Source: an uncultured bacterium (lineage in GTDB: Bacteria; Acidobacteriota; Thermoanaerobaculia; Multivoradales; JAHZIX01). Taken from it: 64,000 bases of DNA. A model generated the notes under the pieces. It saw nothing but the letters and a program-made list of their open reading frames with translations, did no database searches and was not told where the DNA came from. The stretch's first letter is position 1. Every line of letters starts with the position of its first letter. The position numbers and the translations under genes were made by a program. The stretch is from NCBI GenBank assembly GCA_965368975.1, contig CBDUPA010000025.1:1-64000 (forward strand), read 5' to 3'. Below, piece after piece: positions 1 to 52,889 of this stretch.

Positions 1-192
1 TGCGCGTTTAAGTCCCCTTTTTTCAGCTAGTTACGCGTTCTTGGATGCGATCTAGCTAGATCCCAGCTCCTGACAGTTTGACACTGCCCGGCGAGAAGTC
101 AGAAGTTAGGAGACAGCGAGCTGTGGCTGGCTTTCTCAAGATAGCCCAGAACGAACCCCCGACTTGATAGCACTTTCCTTCTACTCCTCTTC

Positions 193-1194
193 CTACTCCC
201 GCGCCTTCAGGTTGACGATCAGCCGCTGCGCTCGCTCGTGGCCCGGGTGCTTCTCGAGCCAGGCTTCCAGCAAGGCAAAGGCCTGCTCTCGCTCGCCGCG
301 GTCGAAGAGCACGAAGGCGAGACTCTCGTGCGGTCCGTACTCGTTCGGGAAGCGCTCGTAGTTGGCCTGGAAGAGTGGAAAGGCCTTTTCTTTGCGCTCG
401 GAGCGCTGTAGACGCCAGCCCAACGAGTCCAACAGATTGGGAGTCAGCACCTCCGGTCCGAGCGTCGCCGCCTGCTGATCGAGCGATGCCAGCGCTGCCT
501 CGACGCTCTGCGTTTCGATCGTCTGCTCCAGCTGCAAGCGCACCACATCTTGGCGCACGGCGGGATCGTCGCCGTTGAACTCCCTGTTCAGCTCGGCCAG
601 CACGATCGCATCGTCGAGGGACTCTCTGGCCAGGCCCGAGGTCAGCCGTGAGAGCAGCTGCGGCCGGAAGTCGTAGGCGTTGCTGCCGTAGTAACGCTCG
701 CGCAAGTCACGATAGCGTTCGACGACACGCTCGACACCGCCCTCTTCGTAAGCTTCGAGTGCAATCACCCCCAGCGGCCGTGGATCGGTCCGACCGGCGT
801 GGCAGGTGGCGCAGGTGACCCGAGACTCGGCATCCAGACGCTGCTCGAGACTCCCTAGGTACTTGCCGTTGATGTCCTCCACCATGCGCATCATCAAGCG
901 TGCTGTCTGCTTCTCCGGCTTGGCGTCGGAGGCCCAATCCCAAGTGGCGCGCGGCTGCTCCAGGTCGCCGACGTGACAGTAAAGGCAACCACGTCCTTCG
1001 AGCCGCGGCAGCCCCAGGCCGTGCAGGTTGTCCAGCATGACGCGGCCGAGTTCGTCGCGCGGGATGTCCTTGGGCAGCACCTGCAGATTGGTGTAGCCGT
1101 TCTCCTGTGCCTGCAGGATCGACGGCAGCAGCAGCAGCAGAGCCAGGCTCCGGAGGAGCATTCGTAGGGTATATCCGGCACGAAGGTGACGCAT
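193..1194 (-). CDS. Exported diheme c-type cytochrome (photosynthetic reaction-centre cytochrome c subunit-like N-domain) fused to a C-terminal TPR region
   Basis: Signal peptide (LALLLLLPSILQAQ); NLQVLP...CLYCH...ASDAKPEK..AR.M...CATCH with two CxxCH motifs; TPR-like C-terminus (LGWRLQ...A...F..N...FP...HESLA); GGGAGA RBS just upstream of the ATG at 1194. Confidence 0.75.
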   Translation of the reverse strand: MRHLRAGYTLRMLLRSLALLLLLPSILQAQENGYTNLQVLPKDIPRDELGRVMLDNLHGLGLPRLEGRGCLYCHVGDLEQPRATWDWASDAKPEKQTARLMMRMVEDINGKYLGSLEQRLDAESRVTCATCHAGRTDPRPLGVIALEAYEEGGVERVVERYRDLRERYYGSNAYDFRPQLLSRLTSGLARESLDDAIVLAELNREFNGDDPAVRQDVVRLQLEQTIETQSVEAALASLDQQAATLGPEVLTPNLLDSLGWRLQRSERKEKAFPLFQANYERFPNEYGPHESLAFVLFDRGEREQAFALLEAWLEKHPGHERAQRLIVNLKARE

Positions 1195-1233
1195 AGGAGA
1201 TCTCCCGTCTCAGGTTGTCAGTGCTCTGCTCAC

Positions 1234-1260
1234 TAACGGCTCGGCGACGCCAAGGTTGCA
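1234..1260 (-). promoter_or_regulatory. Putative ECF-sigma promoter for the cytochrome gene
   Basis: Minus strand reads TGCAAC-N16-CGTTA, matching the AAC...CGT ECF consensus, about 40 nt upstream of the start codon. Confidence 0.4.
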
Positions 1261-1282
1261 ATCCGCAGCCTAACCCTCTGTG

Positions 1283-45676
<44,394 letters not shown>

Positions 45677-45900
45677 AGAGAACAGTAGAAATTCAAATCA
45701 GTCCTTGGCTACTTCTGCTGGATTGCATACAGAGCGGGTATCCAACGCGACCCCCGCAGCTGCATCTGAATGCGTGAGTGTACCGCAGGAAAAACCCGGA
45801 AACGACCCGAGCCTCTTCTTTAACCTGTGCGCGCCAGCTGCTTCAGGGCGACAAGAAGAAGTCGCCTCTCACGCTCTCTATCGATGGGTGGCCGGCCCCC

Positions 45901-46281
45901 CTAGGGTAACCAGGCAGTCGCGGCAAGCATGGGATCGAGACCATGACGGACGGCGGCAACTTCGAAGAGTGCCAGTCCGATCGAGCACAGATTGCCCAGC
46001 AGAAAGTAGTCGTTGGACACTTTGTCATCGACCTTCAGTCGCGTGCCGATCTTGAGTGCTCCGAAGACTGTCAATACATGCGGAAAGCCACTGAGCAAAC
46101 CGAAAAAGACCACGCTACGTTCGACGATTCCCTTCCAGATCGGCCAAGCACGGCTCCGGGCGCGCGAACTTCCAGCAGTTGCGATCTCAGACCCAAAAAG
46201 CGAGCGCAAGATCTCAAAAATCCAGGAGGCCAGCAACAGCTCAACGCTTATAAAGACGATCAGAACCAGCAACAACCTCAT
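45901..46281 (-). CDS. Small membrane protein coupled to SatD (DUF3307-like partner)
   Basis: Hydrophobic 126 aa; GIVER...F...L...GALK...R......DYFLLGNL.S pattern; ATGA overlap with the satD-like stop at 46278-46281. Confidence 0.6.
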   Translation of the reverse strand: MRLLLVLIVFISVELLLASWIFEILRSLFGSEIATAGSSRARSRAWPIWKGIVERSVVFFGLLSGFPHVLTVFGALKIGTRLKVDDKVSNDYFLLGNLCSIGLALFEVAAVRHGLDPMLAATAWLP

Positions 46282-46922
46282 ACAGACCTCTCCTGACTTA
46301 CAAGGTACCGAATCACCTCCTTGGTGGACCGGTACTCTTCGACCAACAGCGTCTTGCGGCGCTTCCAGATCTGCGATCTGTTCTTGTCGAACTCCGCTGC
46401 CACCGATGTGTTGTTGGGCTCCGCCAACATGCGCAGGATGAGCGGATAGTCATCTACACTCCAGCGCTCCAGAAGCCCCTCGTAGACCCGGAATTGGTGG
46501 TTCAAAGCCTCCGACAAGGCGCCATCTTGCAGTTCGAACAAGAATCGGGGACGCGGCCGCGCAGACTCGGTCAAGAGTTCTCGGGCACGAGTGAGTCCGG
46601 GCCCCATCATGCCGTAGGCGATCTCACGGTTGACCGGCGTCTCGATCTCTCCTTCATGCACGACAAAGTGCAAGACGAAGTCGAGAGTCTCGGCCAATCG
46701 GCGTTCTTCCAAGAAAAAGAGGCAATCGACCGCACTCGTCAGATCGAAGGTGAGTCCTTGGAACTCATCTCCCAAGGTGATGGTCAGCGGACTCAAGATG
46801 AGTTCTGCCAGCTCTCGGTTGCAGGCATCGACCAGATGCTCGAAGTTGCGCTGCAAAGGTACTGACTCCAGATCTCGGCTGTCGACCACATCTCCCATCA
46901 AGATAAATTGGCTCGCCAACAT
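46278..46922 (-). CDS. SatD family protein with C-terminal HTH
   Basis: ILMGDVVDSR, ITLGDEFQG and GPGL..AR SatD motifs; HTH-like end (VAAEFDKNRSQIWKR); GGAGG RBS. Confidence 0.8.
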   Translation of the reverse strand: MLASQFILMGDVVDSRDLESVPLQRNFEHLVDACNRELAELILSPLTITLGDEFQGLTFDLTSAVDCLFFLEERRLAETLDFVLHFVVHEGEIETPVNREIAYGMMGPGLTRARELLTESARPRPRFLFELQDGALSEALNHQFRVYEGLLERWSVDDYPLILRMLAEPNNTSVAAEFDKNRSQIWKRRKTLLVEEYRSTKEVIRYLVSQERSV

Positions 46923-47045
46923 TACCTCCCTATACCAAGTTCCCGCCTCGGCACGGCTTCAAGGCAAAGCGTATCAATAAAACTGAAGCAAGGCGACGCG
47001 TATCAAAAATAATGATACATGAAACCCTGTAGCAGACTAATTGAA

Positions 47046-48335
47046 TCAGCCGCGTGCCTCGCAGATCATGGCTTCCAACCTCTGCAGGCCAGCCTCGACT
47101 TCCTCGAAGCGAGGTCCATAGGACAAGCGCACGTACTGGTGGAAGCGCGAGATGTGACGTGCGCGCCGGCGTCCGGGGTTGATGTCGAAGAAGACGCCAG
47201 GGACGCAGATCACCTTGTGCTCGAGCGCGCGCTCGAAGAAGGCCATGCCGTCGCTCAGCGGTTCGGGCAGGTCCCGCAACGAGGCGAAGGCATAGAAAGT
47301 GCCGTCGGGTTGGAGATCGAGCCCGAGGCCCAACTGGCGGGTGCGGCTGAGCATCAAGTCGCGCTTGGGCAAGAAGGCGTCGCGGATGGCCTGCGTCTCG
47401 GCCAGCACACGCGAGGGCTCCAGCAACTCGACCGCCGCGTGCTGCAAGGGTCGAGAACCACCCCCGTCGAGGAACGACCCGGCGCTGCTCATCGACTCGA
47501 TGACCGAGCGCGGCCCGACTGTCCAGGTGATGCGCCACCCCGGATAACGCCAGTTCTTGGTCAGCCCATCGAAGAGGATGACCGGATCTCGGTCGACGTC
47601 CTCGACGTAGCGCGCGGCACTGACGATCGCGTGGTCGACCGCAGCAGCCGGCGCCGGCGGTTGCCAGACGTAGTGCGAGTAAAACTCGTCGAGCAGCAGC
47701 GCGCAGTCCAGCTCGCGCGCCGTGTCCACCCATTGCGCCAGCTGCTCGCCCCGCACGACCTTCCCGATCGGATTGCTGGGGTTCGACAACAGCAGCGCCG
47801 CCACCCCCCGTCCCAGCACCTCGCGCCGCAGATCACGGGCGGTGAAGGCATAGCCCTGCTCGGGATCGAGCAAGATCGGAATCGGCGTGAACATGCGGAA
47901 GATGTCCAGCAACTCCTCGTAGGCCGTGTAGTCAGGCAGGAAGTGGCCCAGGTTGATCGGCCCGAGCGCCGCGCAGGCACGCGTCAGCGACGCCCGCCCG
48001 CCGCCGGAAATGGCCACGTTCTCGGCCTTGTACTGCGACTTCATGCCACGCCGGAAGAGGTAGTTGTAGAGCTCGGCCACGGCCTGACGCAGCTCCCACA
48101 GACCGGGAACCGGCGCGTAATCCTGGTCCACCGGGTCGAAGGTCACCGCTTCGGGCCGCGGTGGCGCGCCGGGCAGCGGGCCGGTCTCGGGCTGCCCTTG
48201 TCCTAGGTTGCACCAGTCCGGGTGCCCCGGAACGAAACCCTTGGCCCGTGCCTTCTCGGTGACGTAAATGACACCGGTCCGCGGCACCGAGCGAAAAGCA
48301 TTGAGTACACGAGCGCTGGAAACATCCATATCCAT
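47046..48335 (-). CDS. PLP-dependent aminotransferase class I/II
   Basis: NLGQGQPE, SNPSNPIG, DEFY and GLTKNWRYPGWR (PLP Lys); start moved to the ATG at 48335 to avoid overlap with the upstream gene. Confidence 0.88.
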   Translation of the reverse strand: MDMDVSSARVLNAFRSVPRTGVIYVTEKARAKGFVPGHPDWCNLGQGQPETGPLPGAPPRPEAVTFDPVDQDYAPVPGLWELRQAVAELYNYLFRRGMKSQYKAENVAISGGGRASLTRACAALGPINLGHFLPDYTAYEELLDIFRMFTPIPILLDPEQGYAFTARDLRREVLGRGVAALLLSNPSNPIGKVVRGEQLAQWVDTARELDCALLLDEFYSHYVWQPPAPAAAVDHAIVSAARYVEDVDRDPVILFDGLTKNWRYPGWRITWTVGPRSVIESMSSAGSFLDGGGSRPLQHAAVELLEPSRVLAETQAIRDAFLPKRDLMLSRTRQLGLGLDLQPDGTFYAFASLRDLPEPLSDGMAFFERALEHKVICVPGVFFDINPGRRRARHISRFHQYVRLSYGPRFEEVEAGLQRLEAMICEARG

Positions 48336-48385
48336 AGCGTTTTCCCAGAGAGGTACCGAGTCGCCAATCGAGTTCTCAGCCAGTA

Positions 48386-49348
48386 TCAGTCGAGCAGGCG
48401 CGGCAGGTGAGCGCGCAGCCACTGCTCGGCATCCTCGAAGCGCTCGAAGAGCCGCTCCCGGCGACGAAACTCGGGCGTGTGCAGACGCCGGCGGCCGTTC
48501 TTTTCCAGCGCCGGGATATCGGCGTGGAGCATCTCATGGTACACCACGGACTCGACCACGTACCGTGGGACCCACGGCTGATCCAGCTTGCGATGGATGC
48601 GCACCAGATTCAATTCTGGCGTGTAGGTGCCGAGATGGATCGTGCGGCGCACCGGCGCGCGGCGCCGACGCTCGGTGCGCCTCCGCATCGGCACTTTGCC
48701 CCACGTGATGTGGACGAAGAGCCGACCGTCGAAGTACTGCTCGTTGACCGTGTCGCGCAGCTGGCGCAGGTCGAAGCAGTCCCCCACCGGCCGCAACCGC
48801 GGTCGGCGCGTACGCGCACCCGGCACCGTCGGAGCACCCGCCGTACCGGGGGCCGGGAGGGCGCTCCCGTGAGCCCGAAAGTGTTCCCGCAGGGCGGTCA
48901 AGGTCTGCCGGCGCTCGGCGCCGCGCAGTCGCCCCTCGGCGAACGCCGCCACCTGCGACAGCAAGGCGTCCGAAGCTCCCGCGAAGCTCCAGTGCAACCG
49001 CACCTGCAAGCCTCGCCCCGCTTCCGGGCGGGCGTTGAGAATGCTGGTGCGATTGTCGGTCAGAATCAGGCGCTCGAGAGAACCTTCCATGAAGCCATCG
49101 AGACGGTGGAAAAACTCCTCGGGTGTCTCCATGTCGGCGGTGTCGAGCCGCAGGCGCAGCATCAGTGGCACGTCGACCCGCGCCTTGCCGTGCGCCTGGC
49201 TCGAGGGAGCGGCAAGCCGGCGTGGCTGTGCCGAACTCGGCACCACAGCCGTGGCGCCGATACTCGACTCAGACAGGCTCGACTCCGACGGGTGCGGGGT
49301 CGACGAAGGCTCGAACAGCCACATCTGGAGATCGTCGGGACGCTTCAT
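48386..49348 (-). CDS. SprT/YgjP(DUF45)-like HExxH zinc metallopeptidase-domain protein
   Basis: LGTY......IHRKLD...VP.YVVESVVYHEMLH...HTPEF. Confidence 0.75.
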   Translation of the reverse strand: MKRPDDLQMWLFEPSSTPHPSESSLSESSIGATAVVPSSAQPRRLAAPSSQAHGKARVDVPLMLRLRLDTADMETPEEFFHRLDGFMEGSLERLILTDNRTSILNARPEAGRGLQVRLHWSFAGASDALLSQVAAFAEGRLRGAERRQTLTALREHFRAHGSALPAPGTAGAPTVPGARTRRPRLRPVGDCFDLRQLRDTVNEQYFDGRLFVHITWGKVPMRRRTERRRRAPVRRTIHLGTYTPELNLVRIHRKLDQPWVPRYVVESVVYHEMLHADIPALEKNGRRRLHTPEFRRRERLFERFEDAEQWLRAHLPRLLD

Positions 49349-49445
49349 ACCACGCAGAGGCTATCCCCGACGGCCCCGAAGCCGCAAGCCGCGGCATTCA
49401 GGGCCGTCGCCAAGACCGCTTGTCACGACCGCTGACTGGCAGCCG

Positions 49446-50507
49446 CTATTGGCAAGTTTGGCAGCCGCAGTACGATGTCGCTCCGCGCGTGACCCACTGG
49501 CCGTTCCAGCTGCCGCCCGCCTGGCCGCAGACGCCAGGGCACCGCTGCTGCGCCTGCTGCTGGTTGTAGATCGGACCGGCGTCGACATCGCGCGTGGCGC
49601 AGGCGCAGTTGGGCTGCACCACCCAGGCACTGGGCGACCACCAGGTCTCGACGATCTTCTGCTGCCATTCGTGGTCGTTGGGCGACGGATACGGCATCTC
49701 GTGCTGCGGCGAGTGGGTGAACTGCTGGATGTCCTGCGTGAAGGAGAACAGCATCATGCCGCGGATCGGCTTGGCCTTCGCCCATTCGGTAAGCTGCTGC
49801 GTGGTCTCCAGACTGGTCATCCAGTTCTGATCCGGAGGTCCGGCTTGTACGCCGATGGTGATCTTGTCGTACGACAGCCCATACTGGTTGTAGGCGTCAA
49901 CGCTCTTCTCGATCACCTCGGCAGGCCAGCCGTAGCTCATGGTGCTACCGAAGTCGAGAAGCTGGCCCAGATTGGTGTCCTTGAAGTCGTCGTGATCGTC
50001 CCACAGCGCCTTCGACAGCAACTTGCCATCCAGCGCACCGCGCACCGCTGTGACGGTCTTCAGCAGGCTGTCCGTGTTGCCCTTGCAGCCCCATTCGTCA
50101 TCGATATCGATGCCGTCGAGCCCGTATTTGTCGACGATCTCGCTGCGCATCCACGAGGCGAGAGCGGTGTTTTTGTCGTCAGGAATGCAGCCCCAGCCTA
50201 TGCCTGTATCACCGCCGCTACCGACAATCGACAGCACGACCTTCACGCCCTTGGCCTGCAGGTGCTCGATGTGTCCGCTGTCGAGCGCCGCGGTCATCGA
50301 ATCGTCCCAAGCGACATACGGCGGCTCGAAGGAGTCAGGAGTGCCGGTGAAGTGAGCGGAGAACAGGGACACGACGTTGGCCTGCGGCCGTCCTTGCTGG
50401 TCGGTGAAACAGGTGATGTCCTGCAGGCTGGGGCAGGCGAAGTTGGACGAAGCCGGTGAAGAACAGCTCAGCCAGTAGAGCACGATCAGGGTTTCCGGTA
50501 GGGCCAT
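49446..50507 (-). CDS. GH18 (Endo H-like endo-beta-N-acetylglucosaminidase/chitinase) with a C-terminal MVL-type lectin domain
   Basis: GVKVVLSI and the LDGIDIDDE catalytic motif; C-terminus DVDAGPIYNQ..A...CP.VC.....WNGQW. Confidence 0.8.
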   Translation of the reverse strand: MALPETLIVLYWLSCSSPASSNFACPSLQDITCFTDQQGRPQANVVSLFSAHFTGTPDSFEPPYVAWDDSMTAALDSGHIEHLQAKGVKVVLSIVGSGGDTGIGWGCIPDDKNTALASWMRSEIVDKYGLDGIDIDDEWGCKGNTDSLLKTVTAVRGALDGKLLSKALWDDHDDFKDTNLGQLLDFGSTMSYGWPAEVIEKSVDAYNQYGLSYDKITIGVQAGPPDQNWMTSLETTQQLTEWAKAKPIRGMMLFSFTQDIQQFTHSPQHEMPYPSPNDHEWQQKIVETWWSPSAWVVQPNCACATRDVDAGPIYNQQQAQQRCPGVCGQAGGSWNGQWVTRGATSYCGCQTCQ

Positions 50508-50582
50508 GGTGCGAGATCTCCGGGTGGGTCGATGGTTACAGGGCTATCGATAGTTCGAGAGCCGAAGGAACAAAGCACGTGG

Positions 50583-50628
50583 AAACGAAAGGCGCGAGTG
50601 AGCAACCCTGTGGTCACAGCACCCGCGC
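50583..50628 (-). terminator. Possible intrinsic terminator between the lectin and GH18 genes
   Basis: Minus-strand stem gcgcgggtg...cactcgcgc followed by ctttcgttt. Confidence 0.4.
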
Positions 50629-50660
50629 TTCCGTTCCGATCGAGAGCAGTCCTGTCTAGA

Positions 50661-51215
50661 TCAGCCGCAAACGACGCAGCCGCAAACCGACATCTCGCCC
50701 GGCTTGGTGGTACGCCACTGGCCGTTCCAAGTACCGTCAGCCTTCGCACAGGTGGTCGGGCACTTCTTCTTGGCGTCCGCCTGATCCCAGATCGGACCCG
50801 CATCGACGTCCTTGGTGGTGCGCTTGCAGCAGTTGCCGCAACAACCGCAAACCGACATCTCGCCGGGCTCAGTCGTCTTCCACTGACCATTCCACACACC
50901 CTTGGCGTCTGCGCAGGTGGCCGGGCACTTCTTCTCGGCGTCCGCCTGATTCCAGATCGGACCCGCGTCGACGTCCTTGCAGCACATCTGGCAACCACAT
51001 ACCGACATCTTGCCCGGCACAGTCGTCTTCCACTGGCCATTCCAGGTACCGTTGTTGTTCGAGCAGGTCGTCGGGCACTTCTTGTTGGCGTCCGCCTGGT
51101 CCCAGATCGGGCCGGCATCGACGTCGGCGGTGCCCGGGTGGCACTCTTGCGCAAAGGCGCCCGGAGCCAGAATCAGAACGATCAGCACAGTCAAAAGCAG
51201 AGTGGCCTTCTTCAT
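50661..51215 (-). CDS. Secreted tandem three-domain MVL-family (mannan/N-glycan-binding) lectin
   Basis: Signal peptide MKKATLLLTVLIVLILAPGAFA; three near-identical repeats DVDAGPIW(D/N)QADA.KKCP.TC....G.WNGQW.TT.PG.MSVCGC. Confidence 0.85.
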   Translation of the reverse strand: MKKATLLLTVLIVLILAPGAFAQECHPGTADVDAGPIWDQADANKKCPTTCSNNNGTWNGQWKTTVPGKMSVCGCQMCCKDVDAGPIWNQADAEKKCPATCADAKGVWNGQWKTTEPGEMSVCGCCGNCCKRTTKDVDAGPIWDQADAKKKCPTTCAKADGTWNGQWRTTKPGEMSVCGCVVCG

Positions 51216-51382
51216 GAGAGTTCTCACTTTCCCTTTTTGTTCGCCGGCATGCGAAAGCACGCAGCGAACCTTGTGTCGGCGAGATTGCCGAAACGTGTCC
51301 TCAGATGCCTCTCCCTCACGTGGGGAGAGTCCGAAATGGTGCTAATCCGTGTCTTGAAGGGGAAATCAGATGAACAATCGCG

Positions 51383-51412
51383 AGACTAGCACTCGCCGAA
51401 ACCTCGTGTCAA
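51383..51412 (-). promoter_or_regulatory. Sigma70-type promoter for the lectin gene
   Basis: Minus strand TTGACA-N18-TAGTCT with an extended -10 TG. Confidence 0.55.
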
Positions 51413-51512
51413 GAAAGACCAAAACAGATAAATATACCCACTTCCAAATAGCTCCTTCTTGACCCTCGGGACGACACTAGCGCTACACTGCGGGCAAGAG
51501 ACAAACCCTTCG

Positions 51513-52790
51513 ATGACACCTTCACACGCTGACAACAACGCCTCCCTGACCGCGCTCGGCAACTGCTTCTCCGCCGCGGCCCCAGGCCTCTACGTACACA
51601 TCCCGTTTTGCTCGGCGATCTGCCCCTACTGCGACTTCTCCGTGCTGCTCGGCGACGCCGATGCCAGAGAGGCCTTCACCCGGCGTTTGGTGCGCGAGAT
51701 CGAGCTGTGGCGGGATTCCAGCTCGGACCTGCGCCTGCGTGGCATCGATACCATCCACTTCGGCGGCGGCACCCCGACGGCCCTGGCGCCCGAGCAGCTC
51801 GCACGCATTCTCGAGGCCGCCCGCGCTCACCTCGACCTCGAGCCGGACGCCTGGCTCTTCCTGGAAGCCAACCCCGAGGACGTCACCGCCGAGGCCGTCG
51901 TAGCCTGGCAGCGGCTCGGCGTGCGTACGCTCAGCCTTGGAGTTCAGAGTTTCCACGACGACGCCCTGCGCTTCCTCGGTCGCCGTCACGATGGCCAGCA
52001 AGCCCGCGACGCCGCCCACCGAGCCCTCGACGCCGGCTTCCACAGCGTGTCGATCGACGTCATTTATGGCCTTCCCGAAGACTCGCCCGCGCGCCTGCTG
52101 CGTGACCTCGAGATCGCCGTCCAGCTCCAGCCGCAGCACCTCTCCTGCTACCAGCTGACGATTCACCAGGGCACGCCTTTTGGCTTCCGTCACGAGCGCG
52201 GTCAGCTCGACGAACTGCCCAACGACGACCAGGCCGAACTCTTCCGCCTCACCCACACCTTCCTCGCCGACCACGGCCTGCCCGCCTACGAGGTCTCGAA
52301 CTTCGCGGCATCGCCCGAGCACCAGAGCCGTCACAACCGTAAGTACTGGAACCACACCCCCTACCTCGGCCTGGGCCCGTCCGCCCACTCGTTCCACCCG
52401 CGTACCAACGGCGATCGGCTGTTGGGCGGGCGGCGCTGGTGGAACGTGCGCAAGATCAAACCCTGGAACACGCGTCTCGACGAGGGCGCACGGCCGATCG
52501 ATGAGAGCGAGGAGCTGCGCGCCGACGAACTGGCCTTCGAAGCCCTGATGCTCGGCCTGCGCACCAGCGCCGGCCTGGACGTCGAGACCTTCCACCAGCG
52601 CTACGGCGTCGACCTGCTGGCGGCCAACGGTGCCTACGTCGACGACCTCGAAGCTCGCGGCTTGCTGCAGCGCCGAGACCACCACCTCGTCCCCACCCTT
52701 GATGGCTTCGCAGTCGCGGATTCCGTTGCCTGCGGTTTCCAGCTACACCCGACCGCTGCATCACACTCATCGATCGCACCGGAACCCTGA
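51513..52790 (+). CDS. hemW: Radical SAM heme chaperone HemW (HemN-like)
   Basis: LYVHIPFCSAICPYCDF, GGGTPT, EANP, SLGVQSF, YEVSNF, HNRKYW, YLGLGPSAHS; start codon uncertain. Confidence 0.88.
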   Translation: MTPSHADNNASLTALGNCFSAAAPGLYVHIPFCSAICPYCDFSVLLGDADAREAFTRRLVREIELWRDSSSDLRLRGIDTIHFGGGTPTALAPEQLARILEAARAHLDLEPDAWLFLEANPEDVTAEAVVAWQRLGVRTLSLGVQSFHDDALRFLGRRHDGQQARDAAHRALDAGFHSVSIDVIYGLPEDSPARLLRDLEIAVQLQPQHLSCYQLTIHQGTPFGFRHERGQLDELPNDDQAELFRLTHTFLADHGLPAYEVSNFAASPEHQSRHNRKYWNHTPYLGLGPSAHSFHPRTNGDRLLGGRRWWNVRKIKPWNTRLDEGARPIDESEELRADELAFEALMLGLRTSAGLDVETFHQRYGVDLLAANGAYVDDLEARGLLQRRDHHLVPTLDGFAVADSVACGFQLHPTAASHSSIAPEP

Positions 52791-52889
52791 TGGGGCTTGG
52801 CATTCGGACCCAGCAGTGGATACAATGCCATGACTCCCGCCGCAATACCGCCCACCGGAGTCTCAACCCCTGCGAGTTCCCCTCCTTCC

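Noticed and set aside
193-1194. Evidence of phototrophy (pufC)
   Set aside because: Only two heme motifs plus TPR; no puf or bch genes
47046-48335. Aminotransferase as a tailoring enzyme for the beta-keto units
   Set aside because: Looks like a general class I/II enzyme, follows a metallopeptidase gene and is separated from the NRPS by the SatD cassette; no supporting evidence, though not strictly excluded
50661-51130. Three repeated DNA units of about 150 bp as a CRISPR or mobile array
   Set aside because: They are the coding repeats of the MVL lectin domains
51513-52790. Radical SAM protein as a natural-product or RiPP maturase acting on the Cys-rich neighbours
   Set aside because: Carries the HemW hallmarks (YxHIPFC, HNxxYW); no SPASM or RRE domain
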